Part shown: positions 1-8,966 of the stretch, one piece after another | Layout of the letters: each line of letters starts with the position of its first letter | Numbering within the stretch: position 1 is the stretch's first letter | Assembly (NCBI GenBank): GCA_041742355.1 | Contig: JBGSIV010000095.1 | Location: 1 to 28,496 of the forward strand | DNA: 28,496 nucleotides | Reading direction: 5' to 3' | Origin: Candidatus Zixiibacteriota bacterium | GTDB lineage: Bacteria; Zixibacteria; MSB-5A5; GN15; FEB-12 | Position numbers and translations under genes: made by a program | The notes under the pieces: generated by a model | Told to the model about the DNA's origin: nothing | What the model saw: only the letters and a program-made list of their open reading frames with translations | Database searches by the model: none

Positions 1-17
1 CTCCGAACCCGACCTAC
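1..17 (-). repeat. Partial GTAG-headed REP-like element, truncated by the window edge
   Basis: The minus strand reads GTAGGTCGGGTTCGGAG 3 nt after the korC stop. It has the same GTAGGTC head as the complete hairpin at 9216-9245. The second arm would lie outside the window. Confidence 0.4.
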
Positions 18-20
18 GAT

Positions 21-599
21 TTACTTCTTCAGCTTCAGGGCTTCTTCCCAGCCCATCTCGACCGCTTTGCGGTTCTTGTCCTCAGTCCCTTTGGGGGCGT
101 GCTGGAGGACAACCTCTACCAGTTTCTCCTTGGCGACCAGACCGGTGAGGGCGCCGATCGCGCCGAGGGCGAGCACGTTGGCGACCATGATCTGGCCGAC
201 ATCGTTGCGCGCCATGCGGGTGAATTCAACGGCATAGGCCTTGTCCTTAGGATATTCACTCACCAGCGACGAGTCGACAATGAGGATACCGTCGTCCTTG
301 AGGTCCGGCAGATACTTATCGAGCGCTTCCTGGGTCATCGCCAGGAGCAGGTCGAGTTTCATCGCCTTCGGGTAGTAGATCTCCTCAGACGAGACGACGA
401 CATCGGATTTGGAGGCGCCGCCGCGGGCCTCGGGGCCATAGGACTGGCTCTGGCAGACGTTCTTTGCATTTTCGCCGGTACCAATCGCTTTGGACAGGAT
501 GACGGATGCGAAGATCATCCCCTGTCCGCCCGAGCCCGAGAGGCGCATCTCGAAGCGGTCCGTCGAGAACTGAATCTTATCGAGTAACGGATGTGCCAT
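21..599 (-). CDS. korC: 2-oxoacid:ferredoxin oxidoreductase gamma subunit
   Basis: Motifs SGSGGQG, QSYGPEARGGAS and ANVLALGA. Start placed at ATG 599 (MAHPLL), preceded by SD-like TGAGG. Last gene of the delta-alpha-beta-gamma cluster. Confidence 0.92.
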   Translation of the reverse strand: MAHPLLDKIQFSTDRFEMRLSGSGGQGMIFASVILSKAIGTGENAKNVCQSQSYGPEARGGASKSDVVVSSEEIYYPKAMKLDLLLAMTQEALDKYLPDLKDDGILIVDSSLVSEYPKDKAYAVEFTRMARNDVGQIMVANVLALGAIGALTGLVAKEKLVEVVLQHAPKGTEDKNRKAVEMGWEEALKLKK

Positions 600-607
600 G
601 GTGCGCC

Positions 608-1474
608 TCACTTCTTCGCTTTCATTCGCTCGAGCAGTTTTGAGTACTCGTCGCAGAACTCGGTGATCTCGTTGTCCTCATGGAGCACGCCGACAGCGTA
701 CTTGCCCTTGAGTTCCTCTTTGGTCATGGTTTTCGCCTTGGAGACTAAGACCGCGTTCTCCTTGAATGACTGCAGCATCGCCACGGCATCCCCCTTGCGA
801 TTCAACCGTCCGTAGTACGTGTGGCAGTTGGAGATCGTTTCAAGGAGCGAGAATCCCTTGTGCTGGAGCGCCTTGGTGATCAGATTCTCGAGCTGCGTCG
901 TGTGGTACACCGTGCCGCGACCCACCCAGCTTGCGCCGGCGGCCATGGCCAGGTTGCACGGATCGAACTGCTTCTCCGTGTTGCCGTAGGGCGTGGTGGT
1001 GGAAAACGAATCGGCCGGCGTGGTCGGCGACCCTTGTCCGCCGGTCATGCCGTAGATGTTGTTATTAATGAGAATCGTGGTGATGTCAATGTTGCGACGG
1101 CAGGCGTGGATGAAATGGTTGCCGCCAATCGCGAGCGCGTCGCCGTCGCCGGTGATGACCACGACCTTCATGTGCGGCTGGGCGAACTTCACGCCGGTGG
1201 CAAACGGCAGCGCCCGGCCGTGAGTCGTGTGCAGCGAATTGAAGTCCATGTACACGGGCATGCGGCTCGAGCAGCCTATGCCTGAGACCATGACGACCTC
1301 ATCCTTGTTCCAGCCGAGCTTGTCGACCGCGCGGATGAACGCGCCCATCACGATGCCGATGCCGCAGCCGGGGCACCATACGTTTGGGAATTTCTTACCC
1401 GGACGCAGGTAACCGAGAGCCACGTCGGACGACTGCTGCCGTTTTCCTTCTTTGGTGTCAGCAACGGTAGCCAT
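608..1474 (-). CDS. korB: 2-oxoacid (probably 2-oxoglutarate):ferredoxin oxidoreductase beta subunit
   Basis: WCPGCG, SGIGCS, HTTHGR, TPP-binding GDGD...NN and YGMTGGQ. TAATG overlap with the korA stop. Confidence 0.95.
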   Translation of the reverse strand: MATVADTKEGKRQQSSDVALGYLRPGKKFPNVWCPGCGIGIVMGAFIRAVDKLGWNKDEVVMVSGIGCSSRMPVYMDFNSLHTTHGRALPFATGVKFAQPHMKVVVITGDGDALAIGGNHFIHACRRNIDITTILINNNIYGMTGGQGSPTTPADSFSTTTPYGNTEKQFDPCNLAMAAGASWVGRGTVYHTTQLENLITKALQHKGFSLLETISNCHTYYGRLNRKGDAVAMLQSFKENAVLVSKAKTMTKEELKGKYAVGVLHEDNEITEFCDEYSKLLERMKAKK

Positions 1475-2607
1475 TAGAGCACCTCCTCCAGCTTCTCAAG
1501 AAGTTGCATAGGGGTCAGGATCTCCCCGTCGTACCGCTGGATGGGGTGGACCGGGATATCGGCCGGCAGCACTCGCCTGACTTCGTGAATGATCTGTCCC
1601 ATGTTGAGTTCGCCGACGATCACCTCTTTGGCGCGACCGCAGAGCTCGCGCAGTTCCTTGTCGGGGAACGGCCAAACCGTATAGAGCTGGACGCAACCGA
1701 CTTTGAATCCGGCGGCGCGGGCGAGTTTGGTTGCCTGCAGCGCGGTGCGCGACACCGAGCCGTAGGAGACAAAGACGTACTCGGCGTCGTCCATCATCTC
1801 GAAGCGGATCTTGGTGATCTCGTCGCGGTAGTTTTCGATCTTGTCGCGAAGCTTGTCCAGCTTCGGCTTGATTTCATCGGCCCGATTGGTCGGGAACCCC
1901 ATGGTGTCGTGGGTGAGGCCGGTGACGTTGTACCGGTAGCCCTCGCCGTACGCCGGCATGGGGCTGATACCGTTGGCCGTGAATGCGTAGGGCTTGTACT
2001 CCGACGGCGGCACGGTCGGCTTCACACGATTGAAGATTTCGATCTCCCCCTGTTCGGGGATGCGGATGATTTCGCGCGAGTGACCGATCACTTCGTCCAG
2101 CAGCACAGTCACCGGCGTGCGGAAACGCTCCGCGAGGTTGAACGCGCGGACAGTTTCGGTGAAGGTGTCGTTGACGTTCGACGGCGCCACCGCGATGGCG
2201 GTGTAGTCGCCGTGGGTGCCCCAGCGGGCCTGCATGGTATCGGACTGGCTGACCTTGGTCGGCAGACCGGTCGAGGGGCCGCCGCGCTGGACGTTCACGA
2301 CCACCACAGGGACCTCGGCCATGTAGGCGTAGCCGATATTCTCGACCATGAGCGAGAAACCGGGGCCGGAGGTTCCGGTCATGGACTTGTAGCCGGAGAC
2401 CGAGGCGCCGACGATCGCGGCGATCGAGGCGATTTCATCCTCCATCTGGATGAACCGGCCGTTGACTTTGGGCAATTCCCGGGCACTAACCTCGGCGATT
2501 TCGGTCGAGGGAGTGATGGGGTAGCCGGCGTAGAAGCGCATGCCGGCATACAGGGCGCCATGGACACAAGCGGCGTTGCCCTGTAACAACTGTTGATTCT
2601 GTGGCAT
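1474..2607 (-). CDS. korA: 2-oxoacid:ferredoxin oxidoreductase alpha subunit
   Basis: GN.A...GA, AGYPITPSTE, QMEDE, TSGPG, QRGGPSTGLPT and ELNMGQ. ATG 2607 follows a GGGAG SD (the ORF track starts at 2625). Confidence 0.95.
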   Translation of the reverse strand: MPQNQQLLQGNAACVHGALYAGMRFYAGYPITPSTEIAEVSARELPKVNGRFIQMEDEIASIAAIVGASVSGYKSMTGTSGPGFSLMVENIGYAYMAEVPVVVVNVQRGGPSTGLPTKVSQSDTMQARWGTHGDYTAIAVAPSNVNDTFTETVRAFNLAERFRTPVTVLLDEVIGHSREIIRIPEQGEIEIFNRVKPTVPPSEYKPYAFTANGISPMPAYGEGYRYNVTGLTHDTMGFPTNRADEIKPKLDKLRDKIENYRDEITKIRFEMMDDAEYVFVSYGSVSRTALQATKLARAAGFKVGCVQLYTVWPFPDKELRELCGRAKEVIVGELNMGQIIHEVRRVLPADIPVHPIQRYDGEILTPMQLLEKLEEVL

Positions 2608-2621
2608 AACCCCGCTCCCTA

Positions 2622-2888
2622 TCACTTGTAGTTAGAGGTGATGGCGAAATCGGGACAATGCTCCCAGCAGATGGTGCACTGGGTGCAATTGTCGGGACGC
2701 GCCAGGACCGGCTTGCCGTCGCGGTCCGGTTCAAAAACCTGCTTCGGGCACAGGGCGATGCAGATGTTGCACGCTTTGCACCAGACGAGATTGATATTCA
2801 GAGGGGCGGGCCCCTTTGAATAATCGTACTTGTTCTTCGGGCCGGACTTCTCTGTGACTTCGCCCGACTCCGTGTTCATAGCGCTCAT
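2622..2888 (-). CDS. korD: 2x[4Fe-4S] ferredoxin-like delta subunit of the oxidoreductase
   Basis: Two CxxCxxCxxxCP motifs (CKACNICIALCP, CTQCTICWEHCP), directly upstream of the alpha subunit. Start uncertain (2888 or 2879). Confidence 0.88.
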   Translation of the reverse strand: MSAMNTESGEVTEKSGPKNKYDYSKGPAPLNINLVWCKACNICIALCPKQVFEPDRDGKPVLARPDNCTQCTICWEHCPDFAITSNYK

Positions 2889-2904
2889 TACAATCCCCGA
2901 GTTG

Positions 2905-2926
2905 TCGGCCCGCAATCGCGGGCCGA
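2905..2926. other. Intercistronic GC-rich hairpin between sucD and korD
   Basis: TCGGCCCGC-AATC-GCGGGCCGA forms a perfect 9-bp stem with no U-tract. Confidence 0.55.
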
Positions 2927-2942
2927 ACGTATCGATGCAGCC

Positions 2943-4016
2943 TTATTTTTTCTTAATCCCGGTTTTCTTCTTGTCGGCCGCCCGGACGGCAGTCTTCTTC
3001 GTCGCCTTGCGCATGGGCGAGGCTTTGGGCGGCTTCTTGGCCGTCTTTTTGCCGGCCACTTTGACCAGCGTCTTCTTCGCTTTCTTCGCCGGTTTCGCCG
3101 ACGGCTTCTTGGCCGTCTTCGTCTTCGCTTCGGCCCTGGCTTTCCGCTTCGCCAGGAGTTCCTTGAGCAGCTCCGGAATTTCGGTCGGCGAGGCCGCTAC
3201 CGGAACTCCGGCGGCGTTGAGCGCCGCGACCTTACCTTCGGCAGTACCGCTGCCGCCGGAGATGATTGCTCCGGCGTGCCCCATGCGCTTTCCAGGCGGA
3301 GCCGACCGGCCCGCAATGAAGGACACGACCGGCTTGGTCATGTGCTTCTCGATGAACGCCGCAGCCTCTTCCTCATCGGAACCGCCGATCTCACCGATCA
3401 TCACCACCGCCCTAGTTGCCGGGTCGGCTTCGAATGCCGACAGGCAATCGATGAAGTTCGTGCCGATGATCTGGTCGCCGCCTATCCCAATGCAGGTGGT
3501 CTGCCCCATCCCGGCCAGAGTCAGCGCCCAGATTGCTTCATACGTCAGGGTGCCGGAGCGGGAGACCACGCCCACATGTCCCTTGCGCACGATCGTACCC
3601 GGCATGATGCCGACCTTGCTCTGGTCAACCGAAATCAAACCCGGGCAGTTCGGTCCGATCAGCCGGGCGCCGCGCGCCTTCACGTACGGGTACACCTTCA
3701 TCATGTCATTGGCCGGCACGCCCTCGGTGATACACACCACCAGCTTGATCCCGGCATCAACCGCCTCGTAAATAGCATCGATCGCGAACGACGGCGGGAC
3801 ATAGATCACAGATACATCGGCCCTGGTCGTGCGCACGGCTTCCTCTACAGTATTAAACACCGGAATGCCGGCAACTTTCGAACCGCCCTTGCCCGGCGTC
3901 ACACCGCCGACCACATTGGTTCCGTAGGCCTTCATCTGCTCGGCGTGGAACGAGCCGTCGCGGCCGGTGATCCCTTGGACGATCACCCTGGATTTGTCAT
4001 TTATGAAAATCGACAT
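2943..4016 (-). CDS. sucD: Succinyl-CoA synthetase alpha subunit with Lys/Ala-rich C-terminal extension
   Basis: [36 protein letters not shown] and phospho-His motif RMGHAGAI, followed by an extra 68-aa basic tail. Confidence 0.97.
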   Translation of the reverse strand: MSIFINDKSRVIVQGITGRDGSFHAEQMKAYGTNVVGGVTPGKGGSKVAGIPVFNTVEEAVRTTRADVSVIYVPPSFAIDAIYEAVDAGIKLVVCITEGVPANDMMKVYPYVKARGARLIGPNCPGLISVDQSKVGIMPGTIVRKGHVGVVSRSGTLTYEAIWALTLAGMGQTTCIGIGGDQIIGTNFIDCLSAFEADPATRAVVMIGEIGGSDEEEAAAFIEKHMTKPVVSFIAGRSAPPGKRMGHAGAIISGGSGTAEGKVAALNAAGVPVAASPTEIPELLKELLAKRKARAEAKTKTAKKPSAKPAKKAKKTLVKVAGKKTAKKPPKASPMRKATKKTAVRAADKKKTGIKKK

Positions 4017-4036
4017 CTTTAACCTCTAGGAGTAAT

Positions 4037-5176
4037 TTAATCCTGAATGCCCGCCATTTCAATGGCCTTCTTCACAACTTTATCAAGAGTGTCTTCAAAA
4101 GGCAGATTGTACCGGGCGAGGATCTTGGCGGCTTCGGCTTCGTTCGTCCCGGTGAGTCTGACGACTATTGGCACGGAGGGTTTGAGTTCCTCCAGCGCCT
4201 GCACAAGGCCGTTAGCGACATCGTCACAACGAGTTATGCCGCCAAAGATGTTGATCAGGATGGCCCGGACATTGGGATCGGAGGTGATGATTTTGATCGC
4301 CGTGACCACTTTCTGAGGGTTAGATGATCCGCCGATATCGAGAAAATTGGCCGGCTCGGCACCGTACCGCTTAACCAAGTCCATCGTCGCCATGGCCAAA
4401 CCGGCGCCGTTGACCATGCAGCCGATCGTCCCGTCGAGCTTTACATACGACAGGTCGGCCTCGCGGGCTTGGATTTCGGTCTCTGGTTCGGCATCAAGAT
4501 CGCGCATCGCCGCAATCCCGGGCTGACGATAGAGTGCGTTGTCGTCGACGTTGAGCTTGGCGTCGATGGCGATCACGTTGCTCATGGCATCGGTGATGAG
4601 CGGGTTGATCTCGACCAGCGAGGCGTCGACTTTCCAGAAGACATCGTAGAGCTTCATGATGATATCGGCGGCCTGGCGGACCTGGTTGATATCGCGGAAC
4701 AACTTGTATGCGAGGTTGCGTGCCTGGAACATCTTGAGGCCGACCACCGGGTCGACCGCCAGTTTGTGAATCTTCTCGGGCGTCTTGGCCGCGACCTCTT
4801 CGATGTCGACGCCGCCCGCGGCGGAGACCATGATCACCGGGCGCTTGCTCGCGCGATCGAGAATGATCCCGACATATGCTTCAGAGATGATGTCCATCGC
4901 CTCGGTCACGAGAACCTTCTTCACGGTGAGACCCTTGATATCCATGCCAAGGATCGTGGTCGCCAGCACTTTCGCGGCTTCGGCGTTCTCGGCGTACTTC
5001 ACGCCTCCGGCTTTTCCGCGGCCGCCGACGTGTACCTGGGCTTTGACCATCACCGGTTTGTCGATGCGCGAGGCGATCTGGAATGCCTCAACCGGGGTGG
5101 TCGCCACCTCCCCGGCCGGAACGGGAATGCCGTTCTGCGCAAACACCTGTTTGGCCTGATACTCGTGAATCTTCAT
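4037..5176 (-). CDS. sucC: Succinyl-CoA synthetase beta subunit
   Basis: MKIHEYQAK, KAQVHVGGRGKAGGV, EINPL, NGAGLAMATMD, NFLDIGG and NIFGGITRCD. Confidence 0.97.
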   Translation of the reverse strand: MKIHEYQAKQVFAQNGIPVPAGEVATTPVEAFQIASRIDKPVMVKAQVHVGGRGKAGGVKYAENAEAAKVLATTILGMDIKGLTVKKVLVTEAMDIISEAYVGIILDRASKRPVIMVSAAGGVDIEEVAAKTPEKIHKLAVDPVVGLKMFQARNLAYKLFRDINQVRQAADIIMKLYDVFWKVDASLVEINPLITDAMSNVIAIDAKLNVDDNALYRQPGIAAMRDLDAEPETEIQAREADLSYVKLDGTIGCMVNGAGLAMATMDLVKRYGAEPANFLDIGGSSNPQKVVTAIKIITSDPNVRAILINIFGGITRCDDVANGLVQALEELKPSVPIVVRLTGTNEAEAAKILARYNLPFEDTLDKVVKKAIEMAGIQD

Positions 5177-6567
5177 ACGTCCGATTCCTTATCGTTTGTT
5201 CTATCCTTCGTTGACTCGTAATGCTCTTTCGCCAGCGCGGTCAGCCGCTCTGGTGTATTCTGGTCGGGGTCATCGAGCACCTGTTCCATCAGGTAGTCGA
5301 GAATCCGCCCGACTTCGCGCCCCGGACCGAGGCCAAGGATGCGCATGATATCGCCGCCATTGATGGCCAGATCACGCAGCGAGAAGGGAGGCTGTTTAGT
5401 CAGCTCGGCCCGAATATTCGTTTCGAACTCGTCGACATCGTCGGTGCTGCCACCCATTCCCTGTGCAACTACATCGGCCCGGCGCAGGTCCAGCAGCTCA
5501 AAGATGAGCGGCACGCCGACCTTGCGGATCAGCCGCCGCATTCCCTTGCCGGTGACGGCGGTCGTGAACATGTGGCGGTCAACCAGGGTCACGACCTGTT
5601 TCGCCAGTTCATTGGAGAGCTTCAATCGCCGCATCACCTGCTGAGCGGTGCGGGCCCCGAGGGTTTCGTGTCCGTAAAATGTCGCCGCCGGTTCCCCCTC
5701 GCGGATGATCGGGCGTTTGGCCTGCGGCTTGTTGATATCGTGGAATAGCGCCGCCAGCCGGACGCGGAAGTTCTTCGGGCTGGCATCGACCGCCCGCAGC
5801 GTATGCTCGAAAACATCGTACGCGTGATAGCCGCCGGGCTGGTCGACCCCGACACAATCCTGCAACTCGGGCAGGATCTCCCGCAGGAGGCCCGTCTGCT
5901 CCATCAGGCGAAATCCGATCGAGGGGCGGTCCGCGCGTTCCATGAGCTTGCGCAGTTCGTCGGCAATGCGTTCGGCCGAAACGGTGTGGATGAGCTGGAC
6001 GTTTTCGTTGAGCACGGCCAACGTCCGATCTTCGATCTCGAACTCGAAGCGGGACGCGAAGACGATAGCCCTGAGCATACGCAGGGGGTCATCGGTAAAC
6101 GACTCCGGGTAGACGATACGGATCAGCCGATTCTCGAGGTCCTTGCGGCCGTCGAGCGGGTCGATCAGCACGTCGGTGCCGAGTTCGATCGCCATGGCGT
6201 TGATCGTGAAGTCACGGCGCACCAGGTCATCCTCGACCGAGAGCGTCGGGTCATACTTCACTTTGAAGTCCTTGTGGCCGACGCCGGTTGAGTACTCGGT
6301 GCGCGGGAGGGAAATGTCGAAGGTCACCGGTTCGCCATCGCGGTACTCGGTGTACTTGATAACGCCGAAACTCCGGCCGACCAGATTAACCTGGCCGTGC
6401 CTCCGGAGAATTTGCGAGAGGTCGTCGTACGAAATGCCGGTGACGAGGATGTCGAGGTCATGGCCGCCCTGGCCGGTAAGTAACCGGTCCCTCACGGCGC
6501 CTCCGACTTCGTACATCCGACCTTTCTCCAAGACTGCGTTGATGGTTGCCTTTGACAGCTGCGCCAT
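5173..6567 (-). CDS. cca: Class II tRNA nucleotidyltransferase (CCA-adding enzyme) with HD domain
   Basis: VGGAVRD...DLD, RRDFTINA, DDPLRMLR, SAERI and HD motif LFHDINK. Overlaps the arcC stop (TAATG) and the sucC start (ATGA). CCA versus A-adding specificity is not resolved. Confidence 0.88.
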   Translation of the reverse strand: MAQLSKATINAVLEKGRMYEVGGAVRDRLLTGQGGHDLDILVTGISYDDLSQILRRHGQVNLVGRSFGVIKYTEYRDGEPVTFDISLPRTEYSTGVGHKDFKVKYDPTLSVEDDLVRRDFTINAMAIELGTDVLIDPLDGRKDLENRLIRIVYPESFTDDPLRMLRAIVFASRFEFEIEDRTLAVLNENVQLIHTVSAERIADELRKLMERADRPSIGFRLMEQTGLLREILPELQDCVGVDQPGGYHAYDVFEHTLRAVDASPKNFRVRLAALFHDINKPQAKRPIIREGEPAATFYGHETLGARTAQQVMRRLKLSNELAKQVVTLVDRHMFTTAVTGKGMRRLIRKVGVPLIFELLDLRRADVVAQGMGGSTDDVDEFETNIRAELTKQPPFSLRDLAINGGDIMRILGLGPGREVGRILDYLMEQVLDDPDQNTPERLTALAKEHYESTKDRTNDKESDV

Positions 6568-7520
6568 TACTTATCCGGGCGGATCCGCGTCCCCGCGGCG
6601 CCGTGGGCCGCCGCGTGGGCATTCTCCAGCGAGGTGATCACCACCTGCTTGCCGCCATTCTTTATGAACTGAATTGCCGCTTTGACTTTGGGACCCATCG
6701 ACCCGGCCGGGAAATGCCCCGCGCAGAGGTAATCCTCCAGCTCGGAGACGGTCACCTCTTCCAGTTTCCTCTCTTCGGGAGTGCCGAAGTCGACCGCGAC
6801 GTTATCCACAGCGGTGAGGATGCACAGGGTGTCCGCGCCGATTTCGTTGGCGAGCACGGACGACGCCAGATCCTTGTCGATGACGGCATCGAAACCTTCG
6901 TAGTAGCCGCGGTGATCGATATACACGGGAATACCGCCGCCGCCGGCGGCAACAACAATGTGCCCCTTGTCGACAAGATCCTTGATGACCTCGGCGTTGA
7001 TTACTTTGGTTGGGATCGGTGAGGGAACCACGCGGCGCCAGCCGCGCTTGCTGTCCAACTTCATCGACCAGCCGCGTTCCGTCTCAAAGCGCCGGGCTTC
7101 CTCTTCCGAGTAGAACTGGCCAATGAACTTGGTCGGGTTTTGCAGCGCCGGATCATCCATGTCGATGAGGATCTGCGTGATCAGAGTCACCACCCGGCGG
7201 TCGATCTTCTCGGTACCAAGCCGGTTCTGCAGTGATTGCTCGATCATATACCCCATGCCGCCTTCGGTGTCGGCCACCAGAACGCCCAGGGGGAGAACCG
7301 GCGTGCGGCCGCGGGACAGTTCCACGCGCAGAAGCGCGTTACCGACCTGCGGGCCGTTGCCGTGGGTGATGACGAGGTTGAAACCGTCGCGGGCCATCTC
7401 GACAATACTGTCGAGTGACTTGCGCGTGTTGGCGAACTGGTTGGCAATGGTGTCTTCCTGGTCCGGGCGCGTAATCGCGTTGCCCCCGAGGGCAACCACT
7501 GCGGTTCTCTTTGCGGACAT
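6567..7520 (-). CDS. arcC: Carbamate kinase
   Basis: VVALGGNA, THGNGPQVG, PTKFIG, RRVVPSP, GGGGIPV, AVIDKD and GSMGPKV. Confidence 0.97.
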   Translation of the reverse strand: MSAKRTAVVALGGNAITRPDQEDTIANQFANTRKSLDSIVEMARDGFNLVITHGNGPQVGNALLRVELSRGRTPVLPLGVLVADTEGGMGYMIEQSLQNRLGTEKIDRRVVTLITQILIDMDDPALQNPTKFIGQFYSEEEARRFETERGWSMKLDSKRGWRRVVPSPIPTKVINAEVIKDLVDKGHIVVAAGGGGIPVYIDHRGYYEGFDAVIDKDLASSVLANEIGADTLCILTAVDNVAVDFGTPEERKLEEVTVSELEDYLCAGHFPAGSMGPKVKAAIQFIKNGGKQVVITSLENAHAAAHGAAGTRIRPDK

Positions 7521-7556
7521 GTCTCGGTCTGCCTGAATCTATCGTTTCGGTAAGGG

Positions 7557-7582
7557 GGGCGGGCCGGATCTCCGGCCCGCCC
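7557..7582 (-). terminator. Strong intercistronic hairpin (partial terminator or mRNA stabiliser) after the ArcE-like gene
   Basis: GGGCGGGCCGG-ATCT-CCGGCCCGCCC forms an 11-bp stem. On the minus strand only CCCTTA follows, with no long U-tract. Confidence 0.45.
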
Positions 7583-7591
7583 TCGTCTGAG

Positions 7592-8965
7592 TTACTTCGT
7601 TCTCTTCTTCGGAACGGCTACCTTTACCGTCGCTTTCGACGGCGCCCCAATGAAGTTACAGAGGACGTCGTTGAGATTCGGGCGGCCGATCTCCTGGAGG
7701 CTATAGCCGACACGTACGGTGGGCTTGCGGATCTTGATAATCCGACCGAGGTCTATCGGCGTGGCAATGATCACGCTGTCGCATTCGGTCCGGTTGATCG
7801 TGGTCTCGAGATCCTTGACCTGTTTGTCGCCGTAGCCCATCGCCGGCAGCAGCATGCCGATCCCCGGGTACTTCTCGTAAGTCTCGGTGATCGACTTGAC
7901 CGTGTACGGCCGCGGGTCGACCAGCGCCGCCGCGCCGAACTTCTCGGCCGCGACGACCCCAGCGCCGTAGGCCATCTCGCCGTGGGTCAGGGTCGGACCG
8001 TCCTCAACCACCAGCACCCGCTTGCCGCGGATGAGCGACGGATTGTCAACTTCCAGCGGCGAAGCTCCGTCGATGACGATCGCCTTCGGATTGTAGGCGG
8101 CGATGTTCCCACGCACCTCGGCGATCCCTTCCGGGTCGGCCGAATCGATCTTGTTGATCACGACCACATCGGCCAGGAGCAGGTTGTTCTGGCCGGGGTA
8201 GTAGGAAATCTCATGCCCCGGACGGTGCGGGTCGACGACCGTAATGTACAGGTCCGGCCGGTAGAACGACATGTCGTTATTGCCGCCGTCCCAAAGGATC
8301 ACGTCGGCTTCCTTCTCGGCCTCGCGGATGATCTTCTCGTAGTCAACGCCCGCGTAGACAACTACACCTTTCATGATGTGCGGCTCGTACTCCTCCCGCT
8401 CCTCAATCGTGCACTCGTGCTTGTCGAGATCGGAGAGCTTGGCGAAGCGCTGCACGGCCTGCTTGGCCAGGTCGCCGTACGGCATGGGGTGGCGGATCGC
8501 CACGACCTTCTTGCCGAGCGACTGCAGGACTTCGGCCACCTTGCGGGTGGTCTGGGACTTGCCGCACCCGGTGCGCACGGCGCACACGGCCACGACCGGC
8601 TTAGACGATTTGATCATGGTCGGCAGGCCGCCTTCGACCGCGAAGCGGGCGCCGGCCGCCATGACGTATGCCGCTTTCTCCATGATGTACTGGTACGGAA
8701 CATCGGAATAGGAGAACACGACTTCGTCGACCTTGTGCTTGCGGATCAGATCCATCAGCTCGGACTCGGCGTGGATCGGGATGCCGTTCGGGTAATTCTT
8801 GCCCGCGAGTACCTTCGGGTACTTGCGCCCATCGATATCGGGAATCTGGGTAGCCGTGAAGGCCACGACTTCAACGTCGTCATTGTCACGGTACAGCACG
8901 TTGAAGTTGTGGAAGTCGCGCCCGGCGGCGCCCATGATGATTATTCTCTTCTTAGTCTTAGCCAC
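7592..8965 (-). CDS. arcE: CpgS-family P-loop NTPase, probable arginine synthetase (ArcE-like)
   Basis: N-terminal IIMGAAGRDFHNFN...VAFTATQIP, P-loop AVRTGCGKS, RHPMPYG, IEEREEYE, WDGGNND, VVEDGPT and LPAMGY. Adjacent to carbamate kinase. GTG start at 8965 follows GGAGG. Confidence 0.75.
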   Translation of the reverse strand: MAKTKKRIIIMGAAGRDFHNFNVLYRDNDDVEVVAFTATQIPDIDGRKYPKVLAGKNYPNGIPIHAESELMDLIRKHKVDEVVFSYSDVPYQYIMEKAAYVMAAGARFAVEGGLPTMIKSSKPVVAVCAVRTGCGKSQTTRKVAEVLQSLGKKVVAIRHPMPYGDLAKQAVQRFAKLSDLDKHECTIEEREEYEPHIMKGVVVYAGVDYEKIIREAEKEADVILWDGGNNDMSFYRPDLYITVVDPHRPGHEISYYPGQNNLLLADVVVINKIDSADPEGIAEVRGNIAAYNPKAIVIDGASPLEVDNPSLIRGKRVLVVEDGPTLTHGEMAYGAGVVAAEKFGAAALVDPRPYTVKSITETYEKYPGIGMLLPAMGYGDKQVKDLETTINRTECDSVIIATPIDLGRIIKIRKPTVRVGYSLQEIGRPNLNDVLCNFIGAPSKATVKVAVPKKRTK

Positions 8966-8966
8966 G

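Noticed and set aside
1..20. CCGAACCCGAC resembling the 3' part of the c-di-AMP (ydaO) riboswitch
   Set aside because: It lacks the following AGCTAAC...GTAG segment, has no downstream plus-strand gene, and is better explained as a REP arm.
7592..8965. Annotation as true cyclic 2,3-diphosphoglycerate synthetase
   Set aside because: There is no neighbouring 2-phosphoglycerate kinase. The N-terminal motif and carbamate kinase adjacency favour ArcE-like function, though this is not formally excluded.
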